A stretch of 64,000 nucleotides of DNA from Hypanus sabinus (Eukaryota), in NCBI RefSeq assembly GCF_030144855.1, contig NC_082722.1, positions 26,536,001 through 26,600,000 on the forward strand, given 5' to 3'. Under the pieces are notes generated by a model, which was given only the letters and a program-made list of their open reading frames with translations, had not been told where the DNA came from and did no database searches. How positions within the stretch are numbered: the stretch's first letter is position 1; the number at the start of each line of letters is the position of its first letter. A program made the translations under genes and the position numbers. Shown here in pieces: positions 14,400 to 26,643 of this stretch.

Positions 14400-15159
14400 C
14401 ACCTGGATCCACATATTACTGTCCGACTCTAACTCAACGGCAAAAGCAGAATTACTGGGTTCAAGACTAGACTGATGAAATCTGCTGTCTCCAGGTCCAA
14501 GAACTTCCGTGGATGTTTTCGATATTTGAGAGAGATGTTTCCCAGAAAATCAGATTCCACAATTAAGGATGACATTTTCTGTTGGTCTGCATATCAAATA
14601 GGTCATCAATGGCAGTCCATTCGAAAACCATCTAGTGGAACTGGAGAAGATCTCGTGGAAAGGCATTCTAGGATGTCCATGAAAAATTGTTTGGCAACTA
14701 CAGAGCATCAAACTACGTGCAGCTGATTGACAACATCAAGCATACAAAACCATGAAATACAGCACGTCAGTAAGAATTCATTTTCTGCATTCCCATTTAG
14801 ACTTCTACGCAGGTCTTGGTGCTGTTCATAACGAGCATGGTGAAAGGATTCAAAAGCAGATTGTGGTCAAGAAAAATGGCAATTGGAATGCATAAATGCT
14901 GGCGGATACTTATCCAAGAAGCCTCAGGCATTGAATACAAACGAAAATCTTCACAAAATACTTCAGCTTATTTGAATTATTGCCAGGCGTCATTACCATT
15001 ATACATTTAAACGCATTATATTTAAAAAAATTATGCTTTTTTTCGCCAATTTTCTACCTGATACAGGCAATGAGATTTTATCCTTGTATTCAATGTCAAG
15101 CAGTCTATCGGAACCACTTCTGAAGAAGCAACGCTTCCGAAAAACTTTGCTACCTAGTG
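14400..15159 (+). mobile_element. Decayed, internally deleted Chapaev3-like (CMC) DNA transposon
   Basis: Remnants KAELLGSRL..NLLSPG, FRYLREMFP, FLHSHLDF and LGAVHNEHGER; ends in CCTAGTG. Family assigned from my recollection of the motifs. Confidence 0.7.
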
Positions 15160-16256
15160 GTTCCATCCATCGACGGCACACATATTTCACACAAAGCCAA
15201 CCCATCTGGCCCTAGATCCATCTGCCCTTCATCGTTCCTCTAATGGTTCCCATTATCTCTCTCCTTTATTTGTTAGATTCCAGAACTGGTAGCCTTTGCC
15301 TTTCTGCTTATCACCCTCCAGAATCTGTACCTAGCTTAATCTACCCAAGCAACACACACAAAATGCTTGGGGAACGCAGCAGGCCAGGCAGCATCTATAG
15401 GAAGAAACGCTGTCGACATTTTGGAGCGAGATCCTTGAGCCTGGCCTGCTGCATTCAACCAACATTTTGTGTGTGTTGTTTGAATTTCCAGCATCTGCAT
15501 ATTTCCTCGTGTTTGATCTCCTCAACCCTCCTTTCACGTCTGTTGTCTCAGCAGTTGAAAGTTGTTCCAAATGGCATACTCATCTCACGGATCGTTTACA
15601 CCTGTGGAGATTTACACCTTACGGATTATGGTAGAATGAGAAACGGAATAAAATTCCATATTCAAGGAATATTAAGTATCATTATGTATAATAAGTATCC
15701 TATTAAGTTTCCTAATAGGGCAGATAACAAAAAGGACTAATGGTTCAACTTGCTGGACTATTGAATATGGAATGTCCGGCATGTACACGCAGATCAACAG
15801 CATTAACACCTCAATTTTCATTCTGTTCTCAGAACTGTGTTTCTGTGCTTCTAAACCCATATTCATGAATTATGAATCCAAGGAATTAAATTAATATCGA
15901 AAGAAATGAGTACTTTATTGTGTTTTCCTCTCCTATTTTATTTGCTTATTTGAAAGGCCAGCTGTTCCTGTTCAAGTCCGACGAATTTTCATATCCTTTC
16001 AAGACATATATTTTCACTTCCTGTTCATAATTCACTAATGCGGACATTTGCATGAGAGCTTTTGCAGGTTTTCTACAAAAAAATAGGTTCGGAATAGAAT
16101 TTTGATTCATTTGTCAGTTTGCAAAGGAAACATTTGTACCTGGTGTTTATGGAAACTAATACGCTACCTGCGAATAGAAATGCACTCGTTAGACTGCTGG
16201 TGACATCATGGAAAATCTGTGGTCAAAGATTTCTTCTCTCTGAAACCTGAATGTAG

Positions 16257-16291
16257 CAAACAACTCGTGTTATCACACTTGACGCTTAACA
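16257..16291 (+). CDS. Candidate small cytoplasmic exon (KQLVLSHLTLN)
   Basis: 35 nt with donor GTAAGT. Only the phase 2-to-1 frame is open, which is the frame needed to bridge 13487 to 16625. Confidence 0.35.
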
Positions 16292-16624
16292 GTAAGTCGA
16301 TAAGTTTAATTTAATTAACTTATTTGATATCTTCCTTCTGTCAGCTAAGTGTTTTTAAAGTTATGCAGCAAAGTCTCTCCTTCCTGTTTCTGTTCCATGT
16401 TCCTTCTGGAAATAAATATACGAAACAACTCCTAAAAGCAGCTAAATAGCTGATATTTATGTGTGAGTCATTCTCTGAGAGCACTGAGTGTAAACCAATT
16501 ACTTTGCCGATTAAAGGACATTGTAAACCGATGTCAGGGGGAAAACATTCTTCTTTCTGATTAATTAAATGAGCGACAGCAGCTAGTAGATATTCAGTTT
16601 AATTTCACAACGTGTTCGCGACAG

Positions 16625-16836
16625 ACAATTTGGTTGAAAGTCACATTCCTGTGCTGTACTCGTCCATTGATATATTAGAAACAGTGTTAAGGGAACAAGG
16701 AACAGGTAGACGGCAATACATAAAGTTCCAATGTCGAGAGTTGCTTTTATATCTAGAGCTTTCAATGATAATTTTAAGGACTCGAATGAATAGGGAAGTA
16801 ATGTCATGCCGCTTTGTATTCGGTTTATATTGTTAG
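16625..16836 (+). CDS. Candidate ITIM-bearing cytoplasmic exon (VLYSSI; LLYLEL)
   Basis: Phase-1 acceptor gttcgcgacAG|, open to TAG at 16834-16836. VLYSSI at 16651-16668 and LLYLEL at 16744-16761. Possible internal donor at 16706. Confidence 0.4.
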
Positions 16837-17444
16837 ATCAATAATTGGAAAGCAGGGTAATTAATGCAAAACAGTATTGTAGATGTTTGCAATCCGAAAT
16901 TAAGCAGCAAACATCGTATTCGTCTTTGAAAGGGAGAGAATACAAATAATTTCTCTTCATGATCTCGTGAAAAATTATCGGCTTGAAGTGTTCACAGTGT
17001 GTCTCTCGGTAAACGCTGTGTGGCCTGCTCAGTGTTTCCTATGTGTTCCACACAGTAGTAGCAAACAGTAGCTTTAATTTTGCAGTCAACTAACTCCAAT
17101 TCAACTCCCTATTACCCATTAAAGAATAATGAACATTCAGTTGAAACACTTATCCTAAAAGAACTTTGTTGAAAACATTTCGGAATATGTTTGGAATGAA
17201 GGCAAAGACATTTAAAGGCGCAATATTATGAAGGATTATCTCGTCCGAGGTATAAAATTGTCTCACTAATTAGAAATCTAGATTTACAGTCAATCTTTTG
17301 GCCTAACCGGAGCACTGTTGACCACTTAGAAACATCTTTATTTCTTCTGAGATCGACATGCATTCAATCATTTGAAATTAAAACAAACAATAAATTAAAT
17401 GCTTAAAAAGAACAAAAGAACAAAAATAACAAAAACAAAAAAAA

Positions 17445-17970
17445 ATCACCTTGAGCACCGGTGCCCCACAAGGCTGTGTATTCAGCCCCCTGCTGTACTC
17501 ACTGTACACCCATGATTGTGTTGCCAAGTTTCCATCAAACTCAATATATAAGTTTGCTGATGACACCACAATTGTAGGCCGTATCTTGGGTAATGATGAG
17601 TCTGAGTACAGAGAGGAAACTAAGAACCTGGTGGCATGGTGCGAAGAGAATAACCTGTCCCTCAATGTCAGCAAGACGAAATAATCGGTTGTTGACTTCA
17701 GAAGGAGTAGCGGACCGCACAACCCTATCTACATTGGTGCTGCACAGTTGGAACAGGTCACAAGCTTTAAATTCCTCAGGGTGAATATTACAAATGACTT
17801 GACTCAGTCTAACCAAGCAGAGTCTACTGCTAAGAAGGCCCACCAGCGCCTTTACTTCCTGAGAACGCTGAAGAAATTTGGCTTGACCCCTAAAACCCTC
17901 ATTAATTTTAATAGGTGCACCGTAGAAAACATTCTTCTCGGGTGCATTACAATTTGGTATGGAAGTTGAG
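17445..17970 (+). mobile_element. Rex1/Babar-type LINE RT fragment
   Basis: STGAPQGCVFSPLLYSLYTHDC..KFADDTTIVG. Confidence 0.9.
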
Positions 17971-17974
17971 AGAA

Positions 17975-19330
17975 TACTTACACAACGCTGGAAGAACTCA
18001 GCAGCTCAGCTCCATGAGAAAAGGGTAGCCAACGTTTCAGGCCGAGACCCTTCATCAGGAATGGGGGGTAAGAGAGGGCCGAAGCCCAGTAATAGAGATA
18101 GTGGAGGTAGTAGGGCCTAGAGGCTCCAGGTGGAAAACCAGTCAGAGGAAAGATAAAGGGGGTAGGGGTAGGGGATAAGCATGAAAGAACTGTAGAGATG
18201 GAGAAGCAGTAAGTTGAAACGGGACAGAGACAGGGAGGGACCTGGAATGGGAGAAGGGGGAGGGGGAAGGAATTACCGGCAATTGGAGAATTCAATGTTC
18301 ATACCACCAGGCTGGAGGCTACCCGGACGGTAGATGATGTGTTGCTCCTCCATCCTGAGTTTGGCCTCATCATGGCAGTAGAGGAGACCATTTATGGACA
18401 TATCTAGATGGGAATGAGAGCCAGTGTTGAAGTGGGTGGCAACCGGGAGGTCCTGTCTATTGTGATGGACGGAGCGTAGGTGCTCGACGAAGCGATCCCC
18501 CACTCTGCGTCGGGTCTCTCCGATGTAGAAGAGGCCGAACCGGGAGTACCGGATGCAATAGATGACTCCAGCAGACTCGCAGGTGAAGCCTTGCCTCACC
18601 TGGAACGACTGTCTGGGGCCCGGAATGGTGGTAAGGGAGGAGCTGTGGGGACAGGTGTAGCATTTGCGCTTGCAGGGATAAGTGCCAGGTGGGAGTTTTG
18701 TGGGGAGCGACGTGTAGACCAGGTAGTCGCGGAGGGAACGATCCCTGCAAAAAGCTGAAAGGGATAGGGAGGGAAAGATGTGCTTGGTGGTGGGGTCCTG
18801 TTGAATGTGGCAGAAGTTGCGGAGGATAACAAGTTGTATCCGGAGGCTGGTGGGGTGGTAGTTGAGGACAAGGGGAATCCTGTCCCTGTTGTAGTGACGG
18901 GAGGATAGTTTAAGGGCTGAAGTGCGGGAAGCGGAGGAGATGCTGGTGAGGGCATCTATGATGACGCCAGACGGGAAACCACATCAACTTTGCTTCTAAA
19001 TTTCACCCAGCCATTATTTTAACTTGATTCATCTCGGACACTTCTCTCCCCTTTCTTGATCTCTCGGTCTCCATCTCTGGAGACAGACTATCCACTGACA
19101 TCTTCTCCAAACCCACTGAATCCCTTAACTATTTTGACTATACCTCTTCCCACCCTGCCCAATGCAAAAATGCCATTCCCTATTCCCGGTTCCTCCGTCT
19201 CCGCCGCATCAGCTCCCAGGATGAGGCTTCCCGTTCCAGGACTTCGCAAATGTCCTCTTTCTTTCAGGATCGTGGTTTCCGTTCTGTTATTATTTTTGCC
19301 TGCCTATTGGACATATTTCAACTCCTAAGC
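17975..19330 (-). mobile_element. Penelope-like element, GIY-YIG endonuclease region, with inverted 5' segment
   Basis: ORF 18273-18599 (-) GVIYCIRYSRFGLFYIGETRRRVGDRFVEHLRSVH. The RT C-terminal segment at 18990-19330 lies on the + strand. Confidence 0.85.
18025..18064 (-). ncRNA. Minimal type I hammerhead ribozyme motif in the PLE terminus
   Basis: Minus strand reads CTGATGA-AGG-GTCTCGG-CCT-GAAAC-GTT: intact core, stem II and ACGT palindrome. Stem I pairs poorly. Confidence 0.6.
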
Positions 19331-19559
19331 GGATTTCCGTCTTTACCATCAAAATGGGCAAGAGTACAGATTTGAATTTACATCTCAATAAAGATTTGGA
19401 AAATTCCTGAATTCAGCAGGAGGCCAAAATTCTGAATTCAGCAAGAGGCCATAATTTCCAGCATTATCAGAAAAGCACAAAGTAGGCCAAGTAATAAAAA
19501 AAATAAACTATAAGAGTTCTTATTTTCCTCCCAGCCCAAGCAGGTTTTAACTCTGAACC

Positions 19560-19683
19560 ACATTATTGTGCATCGTGGTGGCGTCATCCTACGTCATGTT
19601 TACATGATTAATACTTTTCCTCCAGCAATTGCTTTTAAAGTACCACTTGCATTGCAGGAACTAGTCGATTCGGTTTCCTCAAG
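19560..19683 (+). promoter_or_regulatory. Probable proximal promoter/5' UTR of the IgSF receptor gene
   Basis: Lies directly upstream of the leader ATG. No clear TATA box; two CGTCA CRE half-sites and GGAA/TTCC ETS-type cores. Motif matches only. Confidence 0.3.
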
Positions 19684-19738
19684 ATGCCGGAGATATTTAC
19701 GGTTTCGTACATGGCATTTCTGACCATTACTTGGCTAA
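19684..19738 (+). CDS. IgSF receptor exon 1, leader (MPEIFTVSYMAFLTITWL)
   Basis: ATG at 19684 (in-frame ATG also at 19711), hydrophobic peptide, phase-1 donor A|GTATGC at 19739. Joins the V exon in frame to give a signal-peptide-like MPEIFTVSYMAFLTITWLTVKVTA. Confidence 0.7.
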
Positions 19739-19941
19739 GTATGCTGATTTAATCCTGCCGCTTCCGAACTAAATATTCTATTTATGAATATTTAACCACT
19801 GGCGCCCACAGCATATTTGGTTACTGTGTTTCAGCTATTTAGTCGTCTTTCGCTCTAAGACCTCCAGTGAATTAGGTCGTTGGTTTTTGTTGATTCACTG
19901 TTTCGAACTGTTATTAATACTCCTGCTTATTTTTCCGGCAG

Positions 19942-20247
19942 CCGTCAAAGTAACTGCGAGCGAAGTCTCTCAATTACCTCGGGTCCTGGAGGTCCCGGGT
20001 GGTGCGAATGTTACCATGTTCTGCAAATTTCCACTATTACAAGATACTGTTGACGTTCGTTGGTGGAGGAAAGGCGAGAAGACATTTTTAGAAAGGGACA
20101 GCAGAAGACATTTTACTCTAGAGTGGGGAAGGGCAGAACTTGTACTCTGGAATGTCAAGGCCGCCGACTCCGGAACGTATTACTGTGAAGCAAAAGATCA
20201 AGAACGATCTTACGGGAATGGAAGTGGCTCCAGGCTCACTGTGTTCG
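19942..20247 (+). CDS. IgSF receptor exon 2, V-set domain with germline-joined J-like strand
   Basis: Acceptor ttttccggcAG|, donor G|GTGAGT, phase 1-1. Translation has B-strand Cys (TMFCKF), Trp (VRWW), DSGTYYC and GNGSGSRLTV. Confidence 0.95.
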
Positions 20248-20559
20248 GTGAGTGTGGCTGTCTGGAGATTTTCATCTCTGTACATTTTACGTCAAACTTA
20301 GTGATGAGGATAAAACGAAATGTTTCGTCTTGATAAAATGAACGGCGAAAATGCATTTCTTTCACTTGTTTAAATACACCCCAGTTCAGATGTTCTAAAT
20401 TCAGAATTATATAGAACAGAAGAGTTAATCACATTACTTTTTAGAAACAGGAGCTTTCTTCTCAGGTTTGCTTTCAATGCTTCTCCTTTGACTCTTAAGC
20501 TCTGATTTCTAATTACATTCTCACCAAACCTCTATGGATGAATCAGACTTTCATGCACC

Positions 20560-22860
20560 GTATCTGCACCCCTCATAATTTTGACTCCCTCTATCAAACG
20601 TTCGCTCATTCTCTTACCTATCACGGGAAAAAAAATCTAGCCTGTTAAACCTTTCCTCATAATTCGTGTCCTCAAATTCTTGCAACCTCCTTGCAAGTTT
20701 CCTTGAACTCATTCAATCATATTGATAACTTCCTGCAGATAGGTAACCAGAACTGCGAACAATACTCCAATTTTTTTCTCACTGACTTCTAATAGAACTT
20801 CAGCATGACATCCTATTTTTGTGCTTAATAATCTGATATATGAATGCCAATTTGACAAAAGCTATCTTTACTATACTATCCGTAGTTGGCACCACTGTCA
20901 AAGGTTGATCGACAGATATTCCGAGATCATTTTTTTTTTTTACCGTATTCCGCACTGCCAGTCTCGTTCACTGTGTAAGTCAGAGACTGGTTTGTCTTCT
21001 CAAAGAGCAACAGCTTACAATAACCTTCATTTAGTTCTACGTGCCATTTTCAGCCCATTTTTACACTTGGTCTATAAACCGCTGCAAGCTGTCATAGCTG
21101 ACTACTTCAAAAAACAACTATCTGCTACCATATTCTAGCTTCTCCAGCGAAGCCAACGTTAGAGACATTTGACTCCTTCATCCTGAATACCAAGCGAATG
21201 TTCTTGCTCCACCCGCCACCCCCATGCAGAGCTTTTCCAAAGCTCTTGCTAAAATCCACATTGAACATATCCACTATCCTTCATGAAGAACCATGGTACC
21301 CCGCTCGGAAAGCTCTTTAAGCTTGGTTAGACACATTTACCTTGCACAAAACAATACTGTCCATTCCCAATCAAGCACATTCTATCTATTTATTTATATA
21401 TCCTATTCTTTTGAATATCTCCCAATAAGTTTCCCACTTTTGGGTAATACCCATTATCCTATAATATCCCGGCTTATTCCGAGAGTCTATCTTGAATAAC
21501 GGAAAAACTAGAGACATAACTGGAGAGCAAGTTCGTGGGAAACTGCAAGGTCTGAAAGTATCGAATTCACCTGGACCAGATGATGTACATCTCAGGATTC
21601 TGCTAAAAGTTGCTGATGAGATTGTGGAGGCATTAGTAAAGAGCTTTCTAGAATAACTAGATTCTTGAATGGTTCTGAAAGACTAGAAGATTTTAAATGT
21701 CACCCCACTCTTCAAGAAGGCAAAGAGGCAGACAAGGGAAAGTACAGGCCAGTCAGTCCGACCTCACTGGTTGACAAGATGTTAGAGTCCATTGTTAAGG
21801 ATCAGGTCTTAGGTTACTTGGAGACACATAAAAAAACACGCCATAGTCAGCACAATTTCCTCAGGGAAACTCACGACAGACATATCTGACTGAATTATTT
21901 GAAGGAATGAAAAGCATGACGGAATTGATGGCTTTGTTGCAAAGTTTGCAGACAATATGAAGATAGGTGGACAGGCAGGTAGTTTTTTGGAAATAGAGAG
22001 GGTACAGAATGACTAAGACATATTATAGAGAATAGGCAAAGAAGTGGCAGATAGAATGCTGGATTGAGAAGTATGTTGTCATGCTCTTCAGCGCAGGGCA
22101 TGAACGTTTTGACTATTTTCTAACTGGAGCGCAAATCCAAACACATTGAGGTGCAAAGGGACTTGGGAGTCCGTGTGCAGTTTTCCACGCAGATTAATTT
22201 GCAGGTTACCTCTGTGGTCTGGAAGGCAACTGAAATGATAGCACTCATTTCAAGAAGACTAGAATATAAAAGCAAGGATGAATATTGGGACGGATAAAAC
22301 ACTGGTAAGGCGTCACGGCATATTGTCAGCAGTTTAAGGCCCCTTATCTTGGAAAGAAAGTGCTGAAACTGGAGAGGGTGCAAAATAGGTTCATGGCAAT
22401 GATTCCTGAATTCAATAGCTAATCATATGAAGAGCTCTGAGCCTAATCTCACTAGAATTCTGAAAAAAATAAGGCTGACTGTATTGAACCCTATTTAAAT
22501 GTTAAAGTACTTGATTGTGTGGTTATGAAGAGGATGGATTGTATGGTGAGAGAGTAGAAGACCAGAGGACGCAACCTCATAATAGATGAGCATCCTTTTA
22601 AAAAAGAGATGAGGAGGAATGCATATACCCGAAGAGTGGTAAACCAGTGGATTTTCTTTTGCCACAGGCAACTATAGAGACCAAGTCATTGTAAGTCTGG
22701 ATATTTACAGCAGGCGTTGATATATTGTTGATTGTTTAGGGCATGAAGAACTACGGGGAGGAGGCTGCATATCCGGGCTGAGAGGAACATTTTAGCTATG
22801 ATCTAATGGCAGTGCAAACTTGGTGGGTGAAGTGGCCTAATTCGGCTCCCATATCCAATA
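20560..22860. mobile_element. Decayed CR1-type LINE fragments (20560-21100 minus; 21520-22860 plus)
   Basis: GKYRPVSPTSLVDKMLESIVKD and other CR1 ORF2 remnants with many stops. Confidence 0.7.
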
Positions 22861-22861
22861 G

Positions 22862-23965
22862 TCAATAGACAATAGACAATAGGTGCAGAAGTAGACCATT
22901 CGGCCCCTCGAGTCTGCACCGCCATTCTGAGCTCATGGCGGATCATTCACTATCAATACCCAGTCCCTGCCTTGTCCCCATATCCCTTGATTACCCTATC
23001 CATCAGATATCTATCTACCTCCGTCTTGAAAGCATCCAGAGAATTGGCCTCCACCGTCTTCCGAGGCAGTGCATTCCACACCTCCACAACTCTCTGGGAG
23101 AAGAAGCTCTTCCTCAACTCTGTTTTAAATAACTGACCTCTTATTCTCAATCCATGCCCTCTGGTACTGGACTCTCCCAACATCTGGAACATATTTCCTG
23201 CCTCAATCCTATCAAATCCTTTAATTATCTTAAACGTTTCAATCAGATCCCCTCTCAATCTCCTCAATTCCAGCGTGTACAAGCCCAATCTCTCCAATCT
23301 CTCTGCGTAATACAGCCCTGCCATCCCAGGAATCAACCTAATGAATCTACGCTGCACTTCCTCAATTGCCAGAATGTCCTTCCTTAAACCTGGAGACCAA
23401 AACTGTACACAATATTCCAGGTGTGGTCTCACCAGGGCCCTGTACAAATGCAAAAGGACATCTTTGCTCTTGTACTCAATTCCCCTTGTAACAAAGGCCA
23501 ACATTCCATTTGCCCTCTTCACTGCCTGTTGCACTTGCTCATTCACCTTCATTGACTGGTGAACTAGGACTCCTCGGTCTCTTTGCATTTCTCCCTTACC
23601 TAACTCCACACCGTTCAGACAATACTCTTCCCTCTTGTTCCTGCTTCCAAAGTGGATAACTTCACATTTATTCATATTGAATGACATCTGCCAAGTATCT
23701 GCCCACTCACCCAGCCTATCCAAGTCTCCCTGTATTCTCCTAACGTCCTCTTCGCATGTGACACTGCCACCCAGTTTAGTATCGTCAGCAAACTTGCTGA
23801 TATAGTTTTCAATTCCCTCATCTAAATCGTTGACATAAATCGTAAAGAGCTGTGGTCCCAATACAGAGCCCTGTGGTACCCCACTAGTCACCTCCAGCCA
23901 GTCCGAGAAACACCCATTCACTGCTACCATTTGCTTTCTATCTGCCAACCAGTTTTCTATCCATG
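22862..23965 (-). mobile_element. Young 5'-truncated CR1-type LINE with open 331-aa ORF2 C-terminus
   Basis: ORF 22953-23948 has VTSGVPQGSVLGP, KFADDTKLGG and RPHLEYC; (caataga)n tail. Lies in intron 2 of the receptor gene. Confidence 0.95.
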
Positions 23966-25490
23966 TGGTCTTAAAACATTAGCTATACACCAGTCCTCCG
24001 ACACCTCACCCACGAGTAAGGACATTCTGAACACCTATATTGGGGCCCTTTCACTTTTTGCATTAGCTTCCAACGAGGTCCGACAAGACATCTTGCCATA
24101 TTCTGGGGATATCCGCACCCTAATTTGCCTCAAGACTGTAATCCGTATATGGACCATGACATTGCTTCTGTTTTGCCTTAGTTGTGTAGCCTCTGTGTAC
24201 GTCTTCCAAGTTGATATTGATGGAAATAGATTAGAGCTCCCCCCCCCACCTCTTTAGGCCCCATGCTTTGTTGAATTCGCTGATCTGCAAATGGATCTAT
24301 TTTATTTGTCGCTCTCCCTTTACGCTTAATGTATTTGCAGAAAGATTCGATTTTTCTTTTTCACCTTGGCATTGTCCTTCACCTAAAATTTGAGACGGCC
24401 AAGAATATTGACGTGGGTATAGGTGTGGGAAGTGGAGTCAGGCAACCGTGAGCTCCGGATGGCTATTGTACTCAGAGCGAAATCCTAACTGCAGTGATAA
24501 ACAGATAAAACAATCTAACTATTGAATCTCTCCCGTTAGACACCGACCATAGCTGTAGCGGAAGCAGATCCTGTTTACAAAACCTTAAAATTGGGCTCAC
24601 GTTTTAGTGAGCTCTGTTTATTGTGAAATTGAAGTTGTTCAGTTCCTGTTTGAACTTCTGCAAGGCATCATTTACATAAGCGATCCTATAGCAGTGCCAT
24701 GTCACTGTCAACCATTTTGCTGCAGGACGGCAGGCTTTAGAAAGAATGGAACTATGGAGTCAATGCGCTTAATATCAGTTTGCATATCCGTTACTGGTTG
24801 TTTCATACAGGAGATGATTTGCCACATTCAACACGGGGAAATGTTGTAGGAGTGGTTTACATTCCGAAGAAAGCTCTATTACTGGATGTTTATGACTTGG
24901 ATGCTCAAACCCAAGACCTGAAATACTCCCTAAGCAGTTGAGCCGACAGAAAATTAAACTCCGGGGGCACTTGTACTATCCAAAAATCTGATATTTTGGG
25001 TTTTGTAGCTCAGTCTTGATATGAAATGAAAAATCCAAAAATAGCGAGGATTCCAAAGTCAACTGTGCAATAAAACTCAAATACCATTCAAAAGAGAATG
25101 ACTTCCTCACTTCGGAACTCTTAGCTTCGCCGTCGAAGTGTATTCTCTGGACACTTCCTTTCATCCATCTCCCAAGGTGACTGTATTTGTTCTGCTTATC
25201 TTGTGACTGTCTGTGTTGGATGGTAACTACGTGTGCCGTGTGTGACTACATATACTGTACTGTATCTTGCAACTTGGCCCCAGAAGAACAATGTTTCACT
25301 TAGAGGTGCGTGTGTATGGTTAAGCAACAATAAACAGAACGGGAAATTAAAATAATTTATTAAATACTGTTTAATAATGGCGGGTAACTAATTTGATAGT
25401 TGAGTGTCATTTTAGTTGGTGCGGAGATGAAGGACCTACCTGCACTGAAATAGATGGAAAATACCCAATATAACTTTGTGTTTACTCAAG

Positions 25491-25784
25491 CTCCTCCAAC
25501 GCCATTGGAAATTCTTCCTATTGGAGGGTTTTCGTCTCCTCGAAAGCTTCTTTGTAAAACGGCTGCCTTCTACCCGGAGAAATTAGAAATCAATTGGCAA
25601 AGAAATAACAAAGAAATTCGCAGTGGAATAGAAAGTGTGACGAACCGGAGCGTGGATGGATTGTACGAAGCTTTTAGTTTATTGGAAATCACGCAGTCTA
25701 CTTGGGGAGAAGATGTCTACACCTGCCTGGTGTCACATGTCTCCCTCACGGTGCCTGCAAGTTTCAGCTACATCCTGGAGCAAG
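25491..25784 (+). CDS. IgSF receptor exon 3, C1-set domain
   Basis: Acceptor tttactcaAG|, donor G|GTAAGA, phase 1-1. Motifs LLCKTAAFYPEKLEINW, DGLY..FSLL and YTCLVSHVSL are diagnostic of C1-set domains. Confidence 0.95.
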
Positions 25785-25861
25785 GTAAGATGGTGTTTCG
25801 ATAAAGCCATGATGTTGGATCTGGGCCTTAAACGTCGACAACTTAGATCTACTCGTACGAA

Positions 25862-25942
25862 AGCTGGATGAACTCAGCAGGTCGGGCAGCATCCATTGAA
25901 CGAATCAACAGATGCTACCCGACATGCTGAGTTCATCCAGCT
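25862..25942. repeat. Fold-back hairpin derived from PLE termini
   Basis: 32-bp inverted arms (25862-25893 and 25911-25942) with 2 mismatches. Related hairpin at about 15350-15500. Confidence 0.85.
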
Positions 25943-26535
25943 GTTTTACTTGTTGATTTGACCACAGCATCTGTAGTGTACTTTGTATTGACAATTTAGA
26001 TCTGCCTAATCAGCTGAGTTTTTCCAGGATTTTATGAGTTACACTAGATTTCAGCAAGTTCAGAATATTTTGCGCTCAATATAAGATGGAAGTGCTCACA
26101 GGTTATAGTGGTGGTGTCAATATGCCCTTGTAAGAAACGTAACTGAACAGCCAGCCAAACACGGAAGAATGACTACTTTTGAAGCTTAGTAATTGACAGT
26201 GAATATTCAACGTGAATGGTGTCCAAAATCTAATGTCTTATTCCGTTAGTTTAAATCGTGTAGGACGAATTAAGAAATTGAATTCGTGCGGTATTTGTAA
26301 GGTAGCAAACTTCGGACCATTTGCCAAAATTGTGACATAGCAAAACTTAAACTTTATATCTCATCGTGTTATAACAAAGGTGGAAACTTGCATTTCGTGC
26401 CTGATGATATATTTTCAGATATTGTGTAGAGAAATTTGAAAGGAGCTCATGAAACATGTTGTATTGTTAATTGACATATGTGCATTTGTATTTAGTTGCA
26501 TAAATGCTTCACGGTTTCTTGTCTCCCCCTCGTAG

Positions 26536-26643
26536 ATCCAGAAGACGCTGAAACTAAATTAATTCTGTCATGTGTAGTGGGCGGATCTGCAATTTTAGCT
26601 CTGATAATAGTCTTGCTGAAAGTCAGTTTAAAGAGATCGCACG
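26536..26643 (+). CDS. IgSF receptor exon 4, stalk plus transmembrane (DPEDAETKLILSCVVGGSAILALIIVLLKVSLKRSH)
   Basis: Strong acceptor cttgtctccccctcgtAG|, donor G|GTAAGA, phase 1-1. About 20 uncharged hydrophobic residues followed by basic residues. Confidence 0.92.

Noticed and set aside
20237-20243. CACTGTG heptamer in the J-like strand; other CACAGTG/CACTGTG near 2776, 12304, 16994 and 42552
   Set aside because: No nonamer at 12- or 23-bp spacing, so these are not RSS.
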